DNA of 64,000 nucleotides from a virus (Duplodnaviria; Heunggongvirae; Uroviricota; Caudoviricetes): IMG/VR virus record IMGVR_UViG_2721755662_000004; one strand, 5' to 3'. Shown piece by piece: positions 18,080 to 27,101 of this stretch (position 1 is its first letter; each line of letters starts with the position of its first letter). The notes under the pieces were generated by a model. It saw only the letters and a program-made list of their open reading frames with translations, ran no database searches and was not told where the DNA came from. The position numbers and the translations under genes were made by a program.

Positions 18080-18103
18080 ACCCAGCTTCGGCTGGGTTTT
18101 TTA
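18080..18103 (+). terminator. Intrinsic terminator
   Basis: CCCAGC-TTCG-GCTGGG plus T6. Confidence 0.6.
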
Positions 18104-18129
18104 TTGCTGAATTTTCAATATGAGAGGAC

Positions 18130-18858
18130 ATGACAATGAATGAGCTGATAAATAGCAGCATCATCAAAATGACCAGCATTGAAATCGCTGAGTTGGTGGG
18201 GAGTCGTCCAGATAACGTAAAAATATCAATAGAGCGCCTGGCTGAATCTGGAGTTATTCAACTTCCTGCATTGCAGGTTTTCGAAAAAATCAATAACTTA
18301 GGACTGCGCCGTAGTGTCGAGGCTTACGTCTTCGAAGGCGAACAAGGTAAGCGAGACAGCATTATTGTCGTCGCCCAATTGTCGCCGGAATTCACCGCTC
18401 GTCTTGTTGACCGTTGGCGAGAGCTTGAAGGGGCAACCGCGAAAATACCACAAACCTTTTCTGAGGCATTGCGCCTTGCGGCCGACCTTGAAGACCAGAA
18501 GGCTGAACTGGAGAAACAGCTTGCTCTCGCAGCACCTAAAGTTGAGTTTGCCGATCGAGTTGGCGAGGCCAGCGGAATTTTGATTGGAAACTTTGCAAAG
18601 GTTGTTGGTATTGGTCCAAACAAACTGTTTGCGTGGATGCGCGATCACAAAATCCTTATTGCTTCAGGTTCCCGGCGCAATGTGCCAATGCAGGAATATA
18701 TGGATCGCGGCTATTTCACAGTGAAAGAAACAGCGGTCAATACAAATCACGGAATACAGATCTCGTTCACCACAAAAATCACCGGGCGTGGTCAACAGTG
18801 GCTGACCAGAAAGCCGCTCGATAACGGAATGCTGAAAGTAACAGGGGAGGCTGCTTAA
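18130..18858 (+). CDS. Rha-family regulatory protein with C-terminal ANT/KilAC-like domain
   Basis: 242 aa; N-terminal Rha-like (MTSIEIAELVGSRPDNV), C-terminal antirepressor-like region. Confidence 0.6.
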   Translation: MTMNELINSSIIKMTSIEIAELVGSRPDNVKISIERLAESGVIQLPALQVFEKINNLGLRRSVEAYVFEGEQGKRDSIIVVAQLSPEFTARLVDRWRELEGATAKIPQTFSEALRLAADLEDQKAELEKQLALAAPKVEFADRVGEASGILIGNFAKVVGIGPNKLFAWMRDHKILIASGSRRNVPMQEYMDRGYFTVKETAVNTNHGIQISFTTKITGRGQQWLTRKPLDNGMLKVTGEAA

Positions 18859-19148
18859 TGGCTAACCTACGCAAAGAAGCGCGCGGCAGAGAATGCCAGG
18901 TACGGATTTACGGCGTATGCAATGGCAATCCTGAAACGACAGTTCTGGCACATTACCGGATGGCTGGAATTTGCGGAACGGGAATGAAGCCTGACGACCT
19001 GATCGGTGCATGGGCTTGTAGTGACTGCCACGCGGAGATCGACCGACGCACCCGAATTCTCGACAACAACGACGCCAGACTTTACCACCTGGAAGGCGTG
19101 ATCAGGACGCAGGCGATATTGCTGAAGGAGGGGAAGATTAAGTCATGA
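18858..19148 (+). CDS. YbcO-like protein (DUF1364, putative nuclease)
   Basis: 96 aa; Cys/His pattern CQVRIYGVCNGNPETTVLAHYR...CSDCHAEIDRR. Confidence 0.75.
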   Translation: MANLRKEARGRECQVRIYGVCNGNPETTVLAHYRMAGICGTGMKPDDLIGAWACSDCHAEIDRRTRILDNNDARLYHLEGVIRTQAILLKEGKIKS

Positions 19149-19507
19149 ATGAATATGAGTTTGTGCTTCCCTGGCCGCCGACGGTGAATACCTACTGGCG
19201 AAGACGGGGAAGCCAGTACTACATCAGCGATAAAGGCCAGAAATACCGAAAAGACGTACAGCAAATCATCCGGCAACTCAGATTAGACATTTTCACTAAA
19301 TCACGACTTCGCATCACAATTATTGCTGAACCACCAGATTCCCGCCGTCGCGACCTCGATAACATCCTGAAAGGTTTACTCGACTCTCTTATCCACGCCG
19401 GATTTGCGGACGACGACGAGCAATTCGATGACATTCGCGTAATTCGCGGCGTGAAAGTGCCTGGCGGTAGAGTGGGGATAAAAATCACCGAACTGGAGAA
19501 CATTTGA
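19145..19507 (+). CDS. rusA: RusA Holliday junction resolvase
   Basis: 120 aa; RusA-like MNEYEFVLPWPPTVNTYWRRRG...DLDNILKGLLDSL. Confidence 0.9.
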   Translation: MNEYEFVLPWPPTVNTYWRRRGSQYYISDKGQKYRKDVQQIIRQLRLDIFTKSRLRITIIAEPPDSRRRDLDNILKGLLDSLIHAGFADDDEQFDDIRVIRGVKVPGGRVGIKITELENI

Positions 19508-19701
19508 TGAATGCTAAAATTCAAACGATACCTGAATTACTGATCTGCACCAGGGGAAATCAGACAGAAGTCGCCAGAATACTGAACTGCAATCGTGCTA
19601 CAGTCAGAAAATACATTGATGATAAAGATGCGAAAAAGCACGCCGTCGTCAATGGCGTCCTTATGGTTCATCGCGGATGGGGTAAAGATACTGATGCGTG
19701 A
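19504..19701 (+). CDS. ninH: NinH
   Basis: 65 aa; lambda NinH-like ([42 protein letters not shown]). Confidence 0.85.
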   Translation: MMNAKIQTIPELLICTRGNQTEVARILNCNRATVRKYIDDKDAKKHAVVNGVLMVHRGWGKDTDA

Positions 19702-20128
19702 TATCCGGCAGGTTCTTGAGCGCTGGGGGGCATGGGCGGTAAATAACTATGAGGATGTTACATGGTCGCCCATTGCTGCCGGATTTAAGGGACTGATCCC
19801 CGAAAAAGTAAAATCACGTCCACAGTGCTGTGACGATGATGCGATGGTGATATGCGGGTGCATAGCCCGCCTTTACCGGAACAATCGCGATCTGCATGAC
19901 TTGCTGGTTGATTACTACGTGTTGGGGGAGACGTTCATGGCGCTGGCACGGAAACATGGGTGCTCTGACACCTGTATAGGTAAACGCCTTCACAAAGCGG
20001 AGGGGATTGTTGAAGGCATGCTGATGATGCTGGGAGTGAGGCTTGAGATGGATCGGTATGTTGAGCGTGAATTGCCGGGAGGGAGAAGCTCTGTATTTTA
20101 TCAGCGAAAAAATAGTTTACGATCGTAA
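19694..20128 (+). CDS. Q: Late antiterminator Q (phage 82/QuuD type)
   Basis: ATG at 19694 overlapping ninH stop; [51 protein letters not shown]... Confidence 0.85.
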   Translation: MRDIRQVLERWGAWAVNNYEDVTWSPIAAGFKGLIPEKVKSRPQCCDDDAMVICGCIARLYRNNRDLHDLLVDYYVLGETFMALARKHGCSDTCIGKRLHKAEGIVEGMLMMLGVRLEMDRYVERELPGGRSSVFYQRKNSLRS

Positions 20129-20175
20129 AAATCTGCATATCATGATAAGAGTGGTTACATTGCCACGCAGCCGAA

Positions 20176-20198
20176 CCCGCCGATGCGCGGGTTTTTTT
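20176..20198 (+). terminator. Intrinsic terminator about 50 nt after Q (candidate tR' of short pR' transcript)
   Basis: CCCGC-loop-GCGGG plus T7. Confidence 0.55.
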
Positions 20199-20378
20199 GT
20201 ACCCAGAATCCTGTGAGCTATACGGAAAGTACACAGAAAGGAAGGTACGACCGCAATTAATAACAAAATCTTAAAAATCTCATATGGCACTATTAGTTTT
20301 CTAAATATTGTATATTTTAAGTATTGCAGGATAACCCTGTAACGAAGTTTGCGTAACAGCATTTTGCTCTACGAGTTT

Positions 20379-20408
20379 GCCAGCCTCCCCTGGTGGCTGG
20401 CTTTTTTT
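20379..20408 (+). terminator. Second intrinsic terminator in the Q-nanS interval
   Basis: GCCAGCC-loop-GGCTGGC plus T7. Confidence 0.55.
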
Positions 20409-20642
20409 GTATCCGTTCAACGGGAATGTTACATACCTCACAATTAAGTCAGTTGAATGTTGTCTGCCCGGATGAGAATTTGTTAGAAAAAACTGCATGG
20501 TGAATCCCCCTGAGCGGAGGGGCGACTGGTGACGGTATAATCTCTGATTATCAAAACGAGAATGACGCGGGTTTAGTGGCACCGGGCTGAACTCACCGGG
20601 AGGCACCCGGCACCATGCAATGGCACATAGCGCCACTCTCCA

Positions 20643-20695
20643 GCCCCTCTCCGGAGGGGCTTTCTTATGGACAAAAAAGCCCGCGCTGGGAGACG
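20643..20695. terminator. Back-to-back hairpins forming a probable bidirectional terminator
   Basis: GCCCCTC-TCCG-GAGGGGC plus TTTCTT on plus; CCCGCG...CGCGGG plus T6 on minus. Confidence 0.35.
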
Positions 20696-20893
20696 CGGGC
20701 GGCAAGGAATGAACAATGAAACGTGAAGTAATATTTCAGCTGGCGAATAATACCCCATAGTAATCACTCTGCGCAACTGCGCGACCTTTTTCGAATTGCG
20801 GGCTGTAGTCTCCCTTCTGCCATTGTCCTGTAACTTCCGGACTTCAGCCCGCTCCTTATTTTACTCACAATATTATCCCGGCCGGGAGGATTC

Positions 20894-22804
20894 ATGGCAT
20901 TTAAACACTATGATGTTGTCAGGGCGGCGTCGCCGTCAGACCTTGCGAAACGAATAACTCAAAAACTGAAGGAAGGGTGGCAGCCTTATGGTAGTGCGCT
21001 GATTTCGACAGCTGGTTATGGTGCGGAGTTCATCCAGCCAGTTGTGAGTGAGGGGAGCATCTCATCACCAGAGGAGCCAGGCAACCGTCCGACGACCTCA
21101 GCGCCTTCTGTTGCGCCAGAATATTACTATGTGATCGCGCTTGCTGGTCAGTCCAATGGTATGTCATACGGTGAGGGACTGCCATTACCGGATACATTCG
21201 ACAGCCCTGATCCACGTATTAAACAGTTAGCGCGTCGCAGTACGGTGACACCGGGCGGTGCAGCATGCAAATATAACGACATCATTCCGGCGGACCATTG
21301 TCTGCATGATGTGCAGGACATGAGCCGTCTTAACCATCCGAAAGCGGACCTGTCAAAGGGGCAGTACGGAACCGTGGGGCAGGGGCTGCATATCGCCAAA
21401 AAACTGCTGCCGTTTATACCGGCGAATGCGGGCATTCTGCTGGTTCCGTGCTGTCGTGGTGGTTCAGCGTTCACCACCGGAGCTGATGGCACATACAGTG
21501 ACGCGAGTGGTGCCTCGGAGAATTCAACCCGCTGGGGTGTGGACAAGCCGCTGTATAAGGACCTTATCGGTCGAACAAAAGCGGCACTGGAGAAGAACCC
21601 GAAAAATGTGCTGTTTGCCGTGGTGTGGATGCAGGGGGAATTTGATTTTGGCGGTACGCCGGCAAATCATGCCGCACAGTTTGGTGCGCTGGTTGATAAA
21701 TTCCGTGCAGACCTGGCGGATATGGCAGGCCAGTGCGTCGGTGGCTCTGCTGGCGGTGTTCCCTGGATATGCGGGGACACGACGTATTTCTGGAAGCAGA
21801 AGAACGAATCCACGTACCAGACGGTGTACGGCAGCTATAAAAATAAAACGGAAAAGAATATCCATTTCGTACCGTTCATGACCGATGAGAACGGGGTGAA
21901 TGTGCCGACGAACAAACCGGAAGAAGACCCGGACATTCCGGGTATCGGTTATTACGGTTCGAAATGGCGTGACAGCTCAGCCACCTGGACGTCACAGGAC
22001 AGGGCGAGCCATTTCAGTTCATGGGCTCGCCGTGGGATTATTTCCGACCGTCTGGCAACGGCGATTCTGAGCTGCGCGGGTAAGTCTTCTGCGTTTGTTA
22101 ATGGTACTGCCGGGGTGGTTGTTCCAGACAGGCCGGTTACCACCTCAGAGTCTGTAATTTTTTACGATGCCAAAAAAGCTACAGACAATCAGCTGAAACC
22201 TTATGGCTGGGACGGTATGTATGGCAGACGCACACTGGTTGATGACAGCGGCAATAAAGCTCTGCGAATTGAGAAAAATAACAGCGCGAAATCCTGGTCA
22301 ATGTACTGTGATATTGCTGCAGACAAGGCAAAACTTTTACTGGAAAAAGGCGGGGAAATTGCTGTCCGGTTTAAAATCCCCGAAAACGTCAATCTTGAGA
22401 CAACCAGAAACAAGTATGCCTTTGGTTTGTACTGGCGAATAGCGGAATGGCCGGGTGAGGGTGGTGAAGGCCATCTGAGTTCTTTCTTTGTCCAGACAGA
22501 TAAAGCCAGTATTAATGTTGCATACCATCATACAGTTAATCAACAAAAAGAACTTGGCACGTTTGGCGCATTCGACCATGACTGGCATACGCTTGCATTT
22601 AAATTTAAGGGCAGTAACAGCATTAATGTTACTCCGGTGCTCGATGGTGTGGATGGACAGGCGTTTGACCTGGTGAAATGGGCCAATACTGCTAATGGAC
22701 TCAACAGGTTTGTCATTACGGATATTACAGGTAGTGCAGAAACCTACCCTGTACTTATTGATACGGTGGAAGTTAAAGCAAACAAAGCTGGAGCAGCCGC
22801 ATAA
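20894..22804 (+). CDS. Prophage sialate O-acetylesterase (NanS-p-like, SASA/SGNH hydrolase)
   Basis: 636 aa; GQSN-type motif VIALAGQSNGMSYGEG; sits between Q and lysis genes where stx lies in Stx phages. Confidence 0.75.
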   Translation: MAFKHYDVVRAASPSDLAKRITQKLKEGWQPYGSALISTAGYGAEFIQPVVSEGSISSPEEPGNRPTTSAPSVAPEYYYVIALAGQSNGMSYGEGLPLPDTFDSPDPRIKQLARRSTVTPGGAACKYNDIIPADHCLHDVQDMSRLNHPKADLSKGQYGTVGQGLHIAKKLLPFIPANAGILLVPCCRGGSAFTTGADGTYSDASGASENSTRWGVDKPLYKDLIGRTKAALEKNPKNVLFAVVWMQGEFDFGGTPANHAAQFGALVDKFRADLADMAGQCVGGSAGGVPWICGDTTYFWKQKNESTYQTVYGSYKNKTEKNIHFVPFMTDENGVNVPTNKPEEDPDIPGIGYYGSKWRDSSATWTSQDRASHFSSWARRGIISDRLATAILSCAGKSSAFVNGTAGVVVPDRPVTTSESVIFYDAKKATDNQLKPYGWDGMYGRRTLVDDSGNKALRIEKNNSAKSWSMYCDIAADKAKLLLEKGGEIAVRFKIPENVNLETTRNKYAFGLYWRIAEWPGEGGEGHLSSFFVQTDKASINVAYHHTVNQQKELGTFGAFDHDWHTLAFKFKGSNSINVTPVLDGVDGQAFDLVKWANTANGLNRFVITDITGSAETYPVLIDTVEVKANKAGAAA

Positions 22805-22943
22805 TTGCTAAAAAAAGCCGCCAGCGGCAGGAATGGAAGCTGGCGGAGGTAATCCCAATGGAGAATGTAAAGAAAAGATGCTTTCGTACATTGGTTTTTT
22901 AAATGAAAACAATTCTCATTGTCAACCATAACGGTAAGAAATT

Positions 22944-23126
22944 ATGACATTTATTCATCAGGTGATGCTGTACTTCTGTACGGCGGTCTGTGTGCTGTAT
23001 CTTCTTTCGGGTGGGTACAGGGCTGTGCGCGATTTCTGGTGCAGGCAGATTGATAAAAGGGCCGCTGAGAAAATCAGCGCCAGTCAGTCAGCCGGAAGCA
23101 AACCCGAAGAACCCGTTACTCCTTAA
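22944..23126 (+). CDS. Hypothetical small membrane protein
   Basis: 60-aa ORF with hydrophobic N-terminus. Confidence 0.3.
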   Translation: MTFIHQVMLYFCTAVCVLYLLSGGYRAVRDFWCRQIDKRAAEKISASQSAGSKPEEPVTP

Positions 23127-23151
23127 CAACCCCTTTCAGCGAGAAAATCCC

Positions 23152-23397
23152 ATGTCAGAAATCACATCCCTGGTCACTGCAGAGGCAGTGAAGGAAGTCC
23201 TGCGCTCTGAAGAAGTCCGGAGCGCACTGAAACAGAAACTTCGCCAGAATCTTGAGTCGCGTCTTGATGCAGAAGTGGATGCCATTCTGGATGAGCTGCT
23301 GGGCGTAGCAGCGGTTCCTGAGCCGGAAGGTATCGCGGGTGACGGGAGTGCTTCAGATGGCGGTGAACCTACACCTGACAGCGACATGATGATGTAA
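23152..23397 (+). CDS. Hypothetical acidic protein upstream of holin
   Basis: Internal ATG at 23152; [51 protein letters not shown]. Confidence 0.45.
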   Translation: MSEITSLVTAEAVKEVLRSEEVRSALKQKLRQNLESRLDAEVDAILDELLGVAAVPEPEGIAGDGSASDGGEPTPDSDMMM

Positions 23398-23473
23398 GCA
23401 TGCGCAAGGGACCATCGGTGTGTGCCGGTGGTCTTTATATTGTTGTGAGCTTCCGGATTGCGGGAGACGGGGT

Positions 23474-23689
23474 ATGTACCAGATGGAAAAAATCACAACA
23501 GGTGTGTCATACACCACGTCAGCGGTGGGAACGGGCTACTGGTTCCTGCAGTTGCTGGACAGGGTTTCCCCGTCTCAGTGGGCGGCAATAGGCGTGCTGG
23601 GGAGTCTGCTGTTTGGGCTGCTGACGTACCTGACTAACCTGTATTTCAAAATCAAAGAGGACCGGCGTAAGGCGGCGCGGGGAGAGTAA
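23474..23689 (+). CDS. S: Holin S with dual-start motif (MYQM)
   Basis: [71 protein letters not shown]. Confidence 0.85.
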   Translation: MYQMEKITTGVSYTTSAVGTGYWFLQLLDRVSPSQWAAIGVLGSLLFGLLTYLTNLYFKIKEDRRKAARGE

Positions 23690-23693
23690 GCTG

Positions 23694-24227
23694 ATGAGCA
23701 GGAAATTCCGCTATGGTTTATCAGCGGTCGTTCTGGCGCTGATTGCTGCGGGCGCTTCTGCGCCTGAAATCCTCGACCAGTTTCTTGACGAAAAAGAAGG
23801 TAACCACACCACGGCATACCGTGATGGTGCGGGTATCTGGACTATCTGCCGCGGTGCCATCCTGGTGGATGGCAAACCTGTCGTTCCGGGCATGAAGTTG
23901 TCGAAGGAAAAATGCGACCGGGTTAACGCCATTGAGCGTGATAAGGCGCTGGCATGGGTGGAGAAAAACATCAGAGTGCCACTGACCGAACCGCAGAAAG
24001 CGGGCATCGCGTCATTCTGCCCGTACAACATCGGGCCTTCGAAATGCTTCACCTCAACGTTTTACCGGAAACTGAACGCCGGAGACCGGAAAGGTGCATG
24101 TGCTGAAATCCGCCGATGGATATATGACGGCGGCAGGGACTGTCGGAACCGCTCAAATAACTGTTACGGGCAGGTATCGCGGCGTGACCAGGAGAGCGCG
24201 CTGGCGTGCTGGAGTATCGACAGATAA
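23694..24227 (+). CDS. R: Endolysin (lysozyme-type, N-terminal signal-anchor SAR domain)
   Basis: 177 aa; hydrophobic N-terminus then EGNHTTAYRDGAGIWTICRG lysozyme motif. Confidence 0.9.
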   Translation: MSRKFRYGLSAVVLALIAAGASAPEILDQFLDEKEGNHTTAYRDGAGIWTICRGAILVDGKPVVPGMKLSKEKCDRVNAIERDKALAWVEKNIRVPLTEPQKAGIASFCPYNIGPSKCFTSTFYRKLNAGDRKGACAEIRRWIYDGGRDCRNRSNNCYGQVSRRDQESALACWSIDR

Positions 24228-24562
24228 GCAGAATGTTCTGCTGAAAAATGCCGTTGACCAACGCGGACGGATAACACGAAATCCTGCGAACTGGCAAAAC
24301 CTAAGTGAATAAAAGTAAAAACCCCGTTTGTTGGCAGCAAGCGGGGTTTTGTGTTTCTGACCTTGAATAAGGCAAGGGAGAAATTATGGGTAGGGAGGTT
24401 CTTTCCCTGTGAGGAAGTATAAAAGATTCTTTCTGAGGTTGTCCATTATGAAAGGCATTGAGGTGGAGACGCCAGCAAGTCTGGATTTAACAAGAGCGGC
24501 AGCTTTTGCCATTCGTATTGTGGCAATTGCTGTTCTGGTCTGGGCAATCCGTTGGTGGTGAT

Positions 24563-25021
24563 ATGAATCGTGTGCTGTATGGCGTGCTTATTGTCCTGCT
24601 GCTTGGTTGTGGATCGCTGTGGCTGGCAACAGACCATTACCGTGATAACGCCATCACCTACAAAGAGCAGCGAGATGATGCGAAGACAAAACTCAGCCAG
24701 GCGAACGCCACCATTGCTGACATACAGCAGCGCCAGCGTGATGTTGCTGCACTCGATGCCAGATACACCAGGGAGCTTGCTGATGCTAACGCGACTATTG
24801 AAAGTCTCCGTGCTGATGTTTCTGCTGGGCGTAAGCGCCTGCAAGTCGCCGCCACCTGTGCAAAGTCAACGACCGGAGCCAGCGGCATGGGCGATGGAGA
24901 AAGCTCAGGACTTACAGCAGATGCTGAACTCAATTATTACCGTCTCCGAAGTGGAATCGACAAGATAACCGCGCAGGTTAACTACCTGCAGGAGTACATC
25001 AGGATGCAATGCCTCGATTAA
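24563..25021 (+). CDS. Rz: Rz i-spanin
   Basis: ATG at 24563; N-terminal TM then coiled coil; contains embedded Rz1. Confidence 0.8.
   Translation: MNRVLYGVLIVLLLGCGSLWLATDHYRDNAITYKEQRDDAKTKLSQANATIADIQQRQRDVAALDARYTRELADANATIESLRADVSAGRKRLQVAATCAKSTTGASGMGDGESSGLTADAELNYYRLRSGIDKITAQVNYLQEYIRMQCLD
24783..24968 (+). CDS. Rz1: Rz1 o-spanin lipoprotein embedded in Rz (+1 frame)
   Basis: MLTRLLKVSVLMFLLGVSACKSPPPVQSQRPEPAAW: signal peptide, lipobox, Pro-rich. Confidence 0.7.
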   Translation: MLTRLLKVSVLMFLLGVSACKSPPPVQSQRPEPAAWAMEKAQDLQQMLNSIITVSEVESTR

Positions 25022-25101
25022 CAGAGCCAGCTCAATCGCTGGCCTTTTTTATGAGGAGAGATATAACCTGAATCAATGCCAGTGCATTATCAACAAATGG
25101 A

Positions 25102-25683
25102 TCACTGGGTAAGCTCGTTTGGTTTTAAATGTCCGTCGAGAATCAGATTGTGATTTTCCCGATGCAGAACCAGTGTGCCCATATAATCAGGTTTAAATCT
25201 CCATCCATTCATTTTTTTTGCAATTCTGGACAGACAGTGATTATGTGTGAAAATCACAGTAACATGATCTGATTTTGATATTTTAAGGATATTATTTACT
25301 GCGTTATCATCACATGTCGATATGTCCGGAATAGTTGCTGTCTTACCTCCCGAAAAAAAAGTGGCTGTCTGCATTGTTCGGAGTGTGTCTGTAGAATAGA
25401 GACTGTAGTATGGAAACATTCTTCTGAATTTATCTCCATATTGTTGAGCTTTGTTAGCTCCGTTTACTGTGATTCCCTCATGTGCTGAAAGACATATTCT
25501 TTGGGAGCGATCGCATCTTTCCCCATGCCGGATGAGAAAAATAATGGGATGTTTCTGGTTAATCTCAGTGACATCGTTCACATCAAGTCTGACTGGAGTT
25601 CTTACAATGTATATGATGGATACAGAAACGATTATGACAAGTAAAAATATAAGAAGAGATTTTGTTAGCGTTTGATTTAACAT
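25102..25683 (-). CDS. Ais/PmrG-like histidine phosphatase (candidate LPS core heptose(II)-phosphate phosphatase), secreted
   Basis: 193 aa from ATG at 25683 with AAGGGA SD; N-terminal signal/TM; catalytic FLIRHGERCDRS motif and FTHNHC; AT-rich island; opposite strand to late genes. Confidence 0.7.
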   Translation of the reverse strand: MLNQTLTKSLLIFLLVIIVSVSIIYIVRTPVRLDVNDVTEINQKHPIIFLIRHGERCDRSQRICLSAHEGITVNGANKAQQYGDKFRRMFPYYSLYSTDTLRTMQTATFFSGGKTATIPDISTCDDNAVNNILKISKSDHVTVIFTHNHCLSRIAKKMNGWRFKPDYMGTLVLHRENHNLILDGHLKPNELTQ

Positions 25684-26285
25684 ATAAATTCCCTTGTCTG
25701 TGTTGAAAATGGGCATTATTATGCGTAAATCTTATGTAATCCTTAAGGATTGTCTGACGTGGTGATATGACGCGAAATACAGTGGGTACACAGAATGCTG
25801 TGAACAACGACGAAATGGGCATTGGTAGCGGTACTGGTGCTTTTTTTATTGGTTGGTTGCTCAAGTCTTGATAAAGCGCGTTAGCTTTTTGGTATTGCCT
25901 CTTAGGTCTGTAAAATTGCCGACGGTGTCCGGCAGTGCATGCAGGGCTGATCGTCTATGAGAACAGAATATATTGCTAAAAATGAAGTGTGCGTCAATGC
26001 TTATAAAGCATGCAATTCTGTATTTCTAACTATTCAATAAAATAAATTCTTTCTGTCGCAGTGAATATACAAATGTTGATCAGCGCTCGATGTGGCGACG
26101 GGTTTCTATATCAGGAGACTTTGGCATTTATCCGCGAGGCAGCCTATCTGGTGCTGTAGTGGAATGAAGCGGATATAACCTAAATAAGGTTAAACATTAA
26201 TCAGACATGGCTCTGCTGTGTGAAATCTGAAAATTTACAGCAGTCATTGTGCATCAGTTTTTAACAGAGAACGTCAGAAGGTGAC

Positions 26286-27101
26286 ATGGCAAAGCTGGAC
26301 TGGAAAAAGCTGGAGCAGGCATTTCGACGCGAACATGTCAAAACCGGCATAAAGCTTCAGGACTGGTGCCGTCAGAACAATATCAGTTATGACACGGCTC
26401 GGCGGTACATTAAACTGCGCAAACACTCCCCCAGAAATACAGAGAAAAGTGCGCAGAAAAATGCGCAAATTGATGATCAAAAAAGTGCGCAGAAATCTGA
26501 CGGCAACTCCAGTCATGACGAGCCTTCAGGCGATGATGGTTGTGATGAAAAATGCGCAAATTTGGCAGAAACGAAACGGACTCGTGGTTCCAGACTTTTG
26601 CCACCTTCAAATGCTTTTTCTCAGCGTAACACCCACGCCGTCAGACACCGTGGATACGCGAAGTATCTCGAGGCAGATAACCTCATAGATGATGCAGTCG
26701 GAATGGAACTTGCCGATGAACTGGTGTTTACCCGGGCCCGCGCACTTTCAGTAACAGGAACACTGAAAAAAATGTTCGCCGACCTGAAAGAGGCGGCTGA
26801 CGTGGAAACCCGCGTTGCTCTGTACGACAAAATACTCAAAGCTGAACAGGCTCTTGACCGGAATATTGCCCGTATCGAGTCAATTGAACGCTCATTGCTG
26901 ACGCTGGACGTTCTGGCTGAAACAGCACCAAAACTTCGTGCTGACCGGGAAAGAACCAACGCTGCCAGAGATAAACTCAGAGCGGAAACCGATATTCTGA
27001 CCAGCCAGCGTCGGGGCGTTGTTACGCCTGTCAGTGACATCGTGTCATCGCTGCATGAAATGAGTAATTCGGGGAGACTGGATGACATTCCGGAAGAATG
27101 A
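26286..27101 (+). CDS. Putative terminase small subunit
   Basis: 271-aa ORF immediately upstream of and overlapping large terminase; N-terminal DNA-binding-like region. Confidence 0.55.
   Translation: MAKLDWKKLEQAFRREHVKTGIKLQDWCRQNNISYDTARRYIKLRKHSPRNTEKSAQKNAQIDDQKSAQKSDGNSSHDEPSGDDGCDEKCANLAETKRTRGSRLLPPSNAFSQRNTHAVRHRGYAKYLEADNLIDDAVGMELADELVFTRARALSVTGTLKKMFADLKEAADVETRVALYDKILKAEQALDRNIARIESIERSLLTLDVLAETAPKLRADRERTNAARDKLRAETDILTSQRRGVVTPVSDIVSSLHEMSNSGRLDDIPEE

Noticed and set aside
20129-20890. Expected tRNA genes and stx genes downstream of Q
   Set aside because: No tRNA T-arm consensus (GGTTCGAAT-type) and no stx-like ORF found; the interval holds terminators and the esterase gene only
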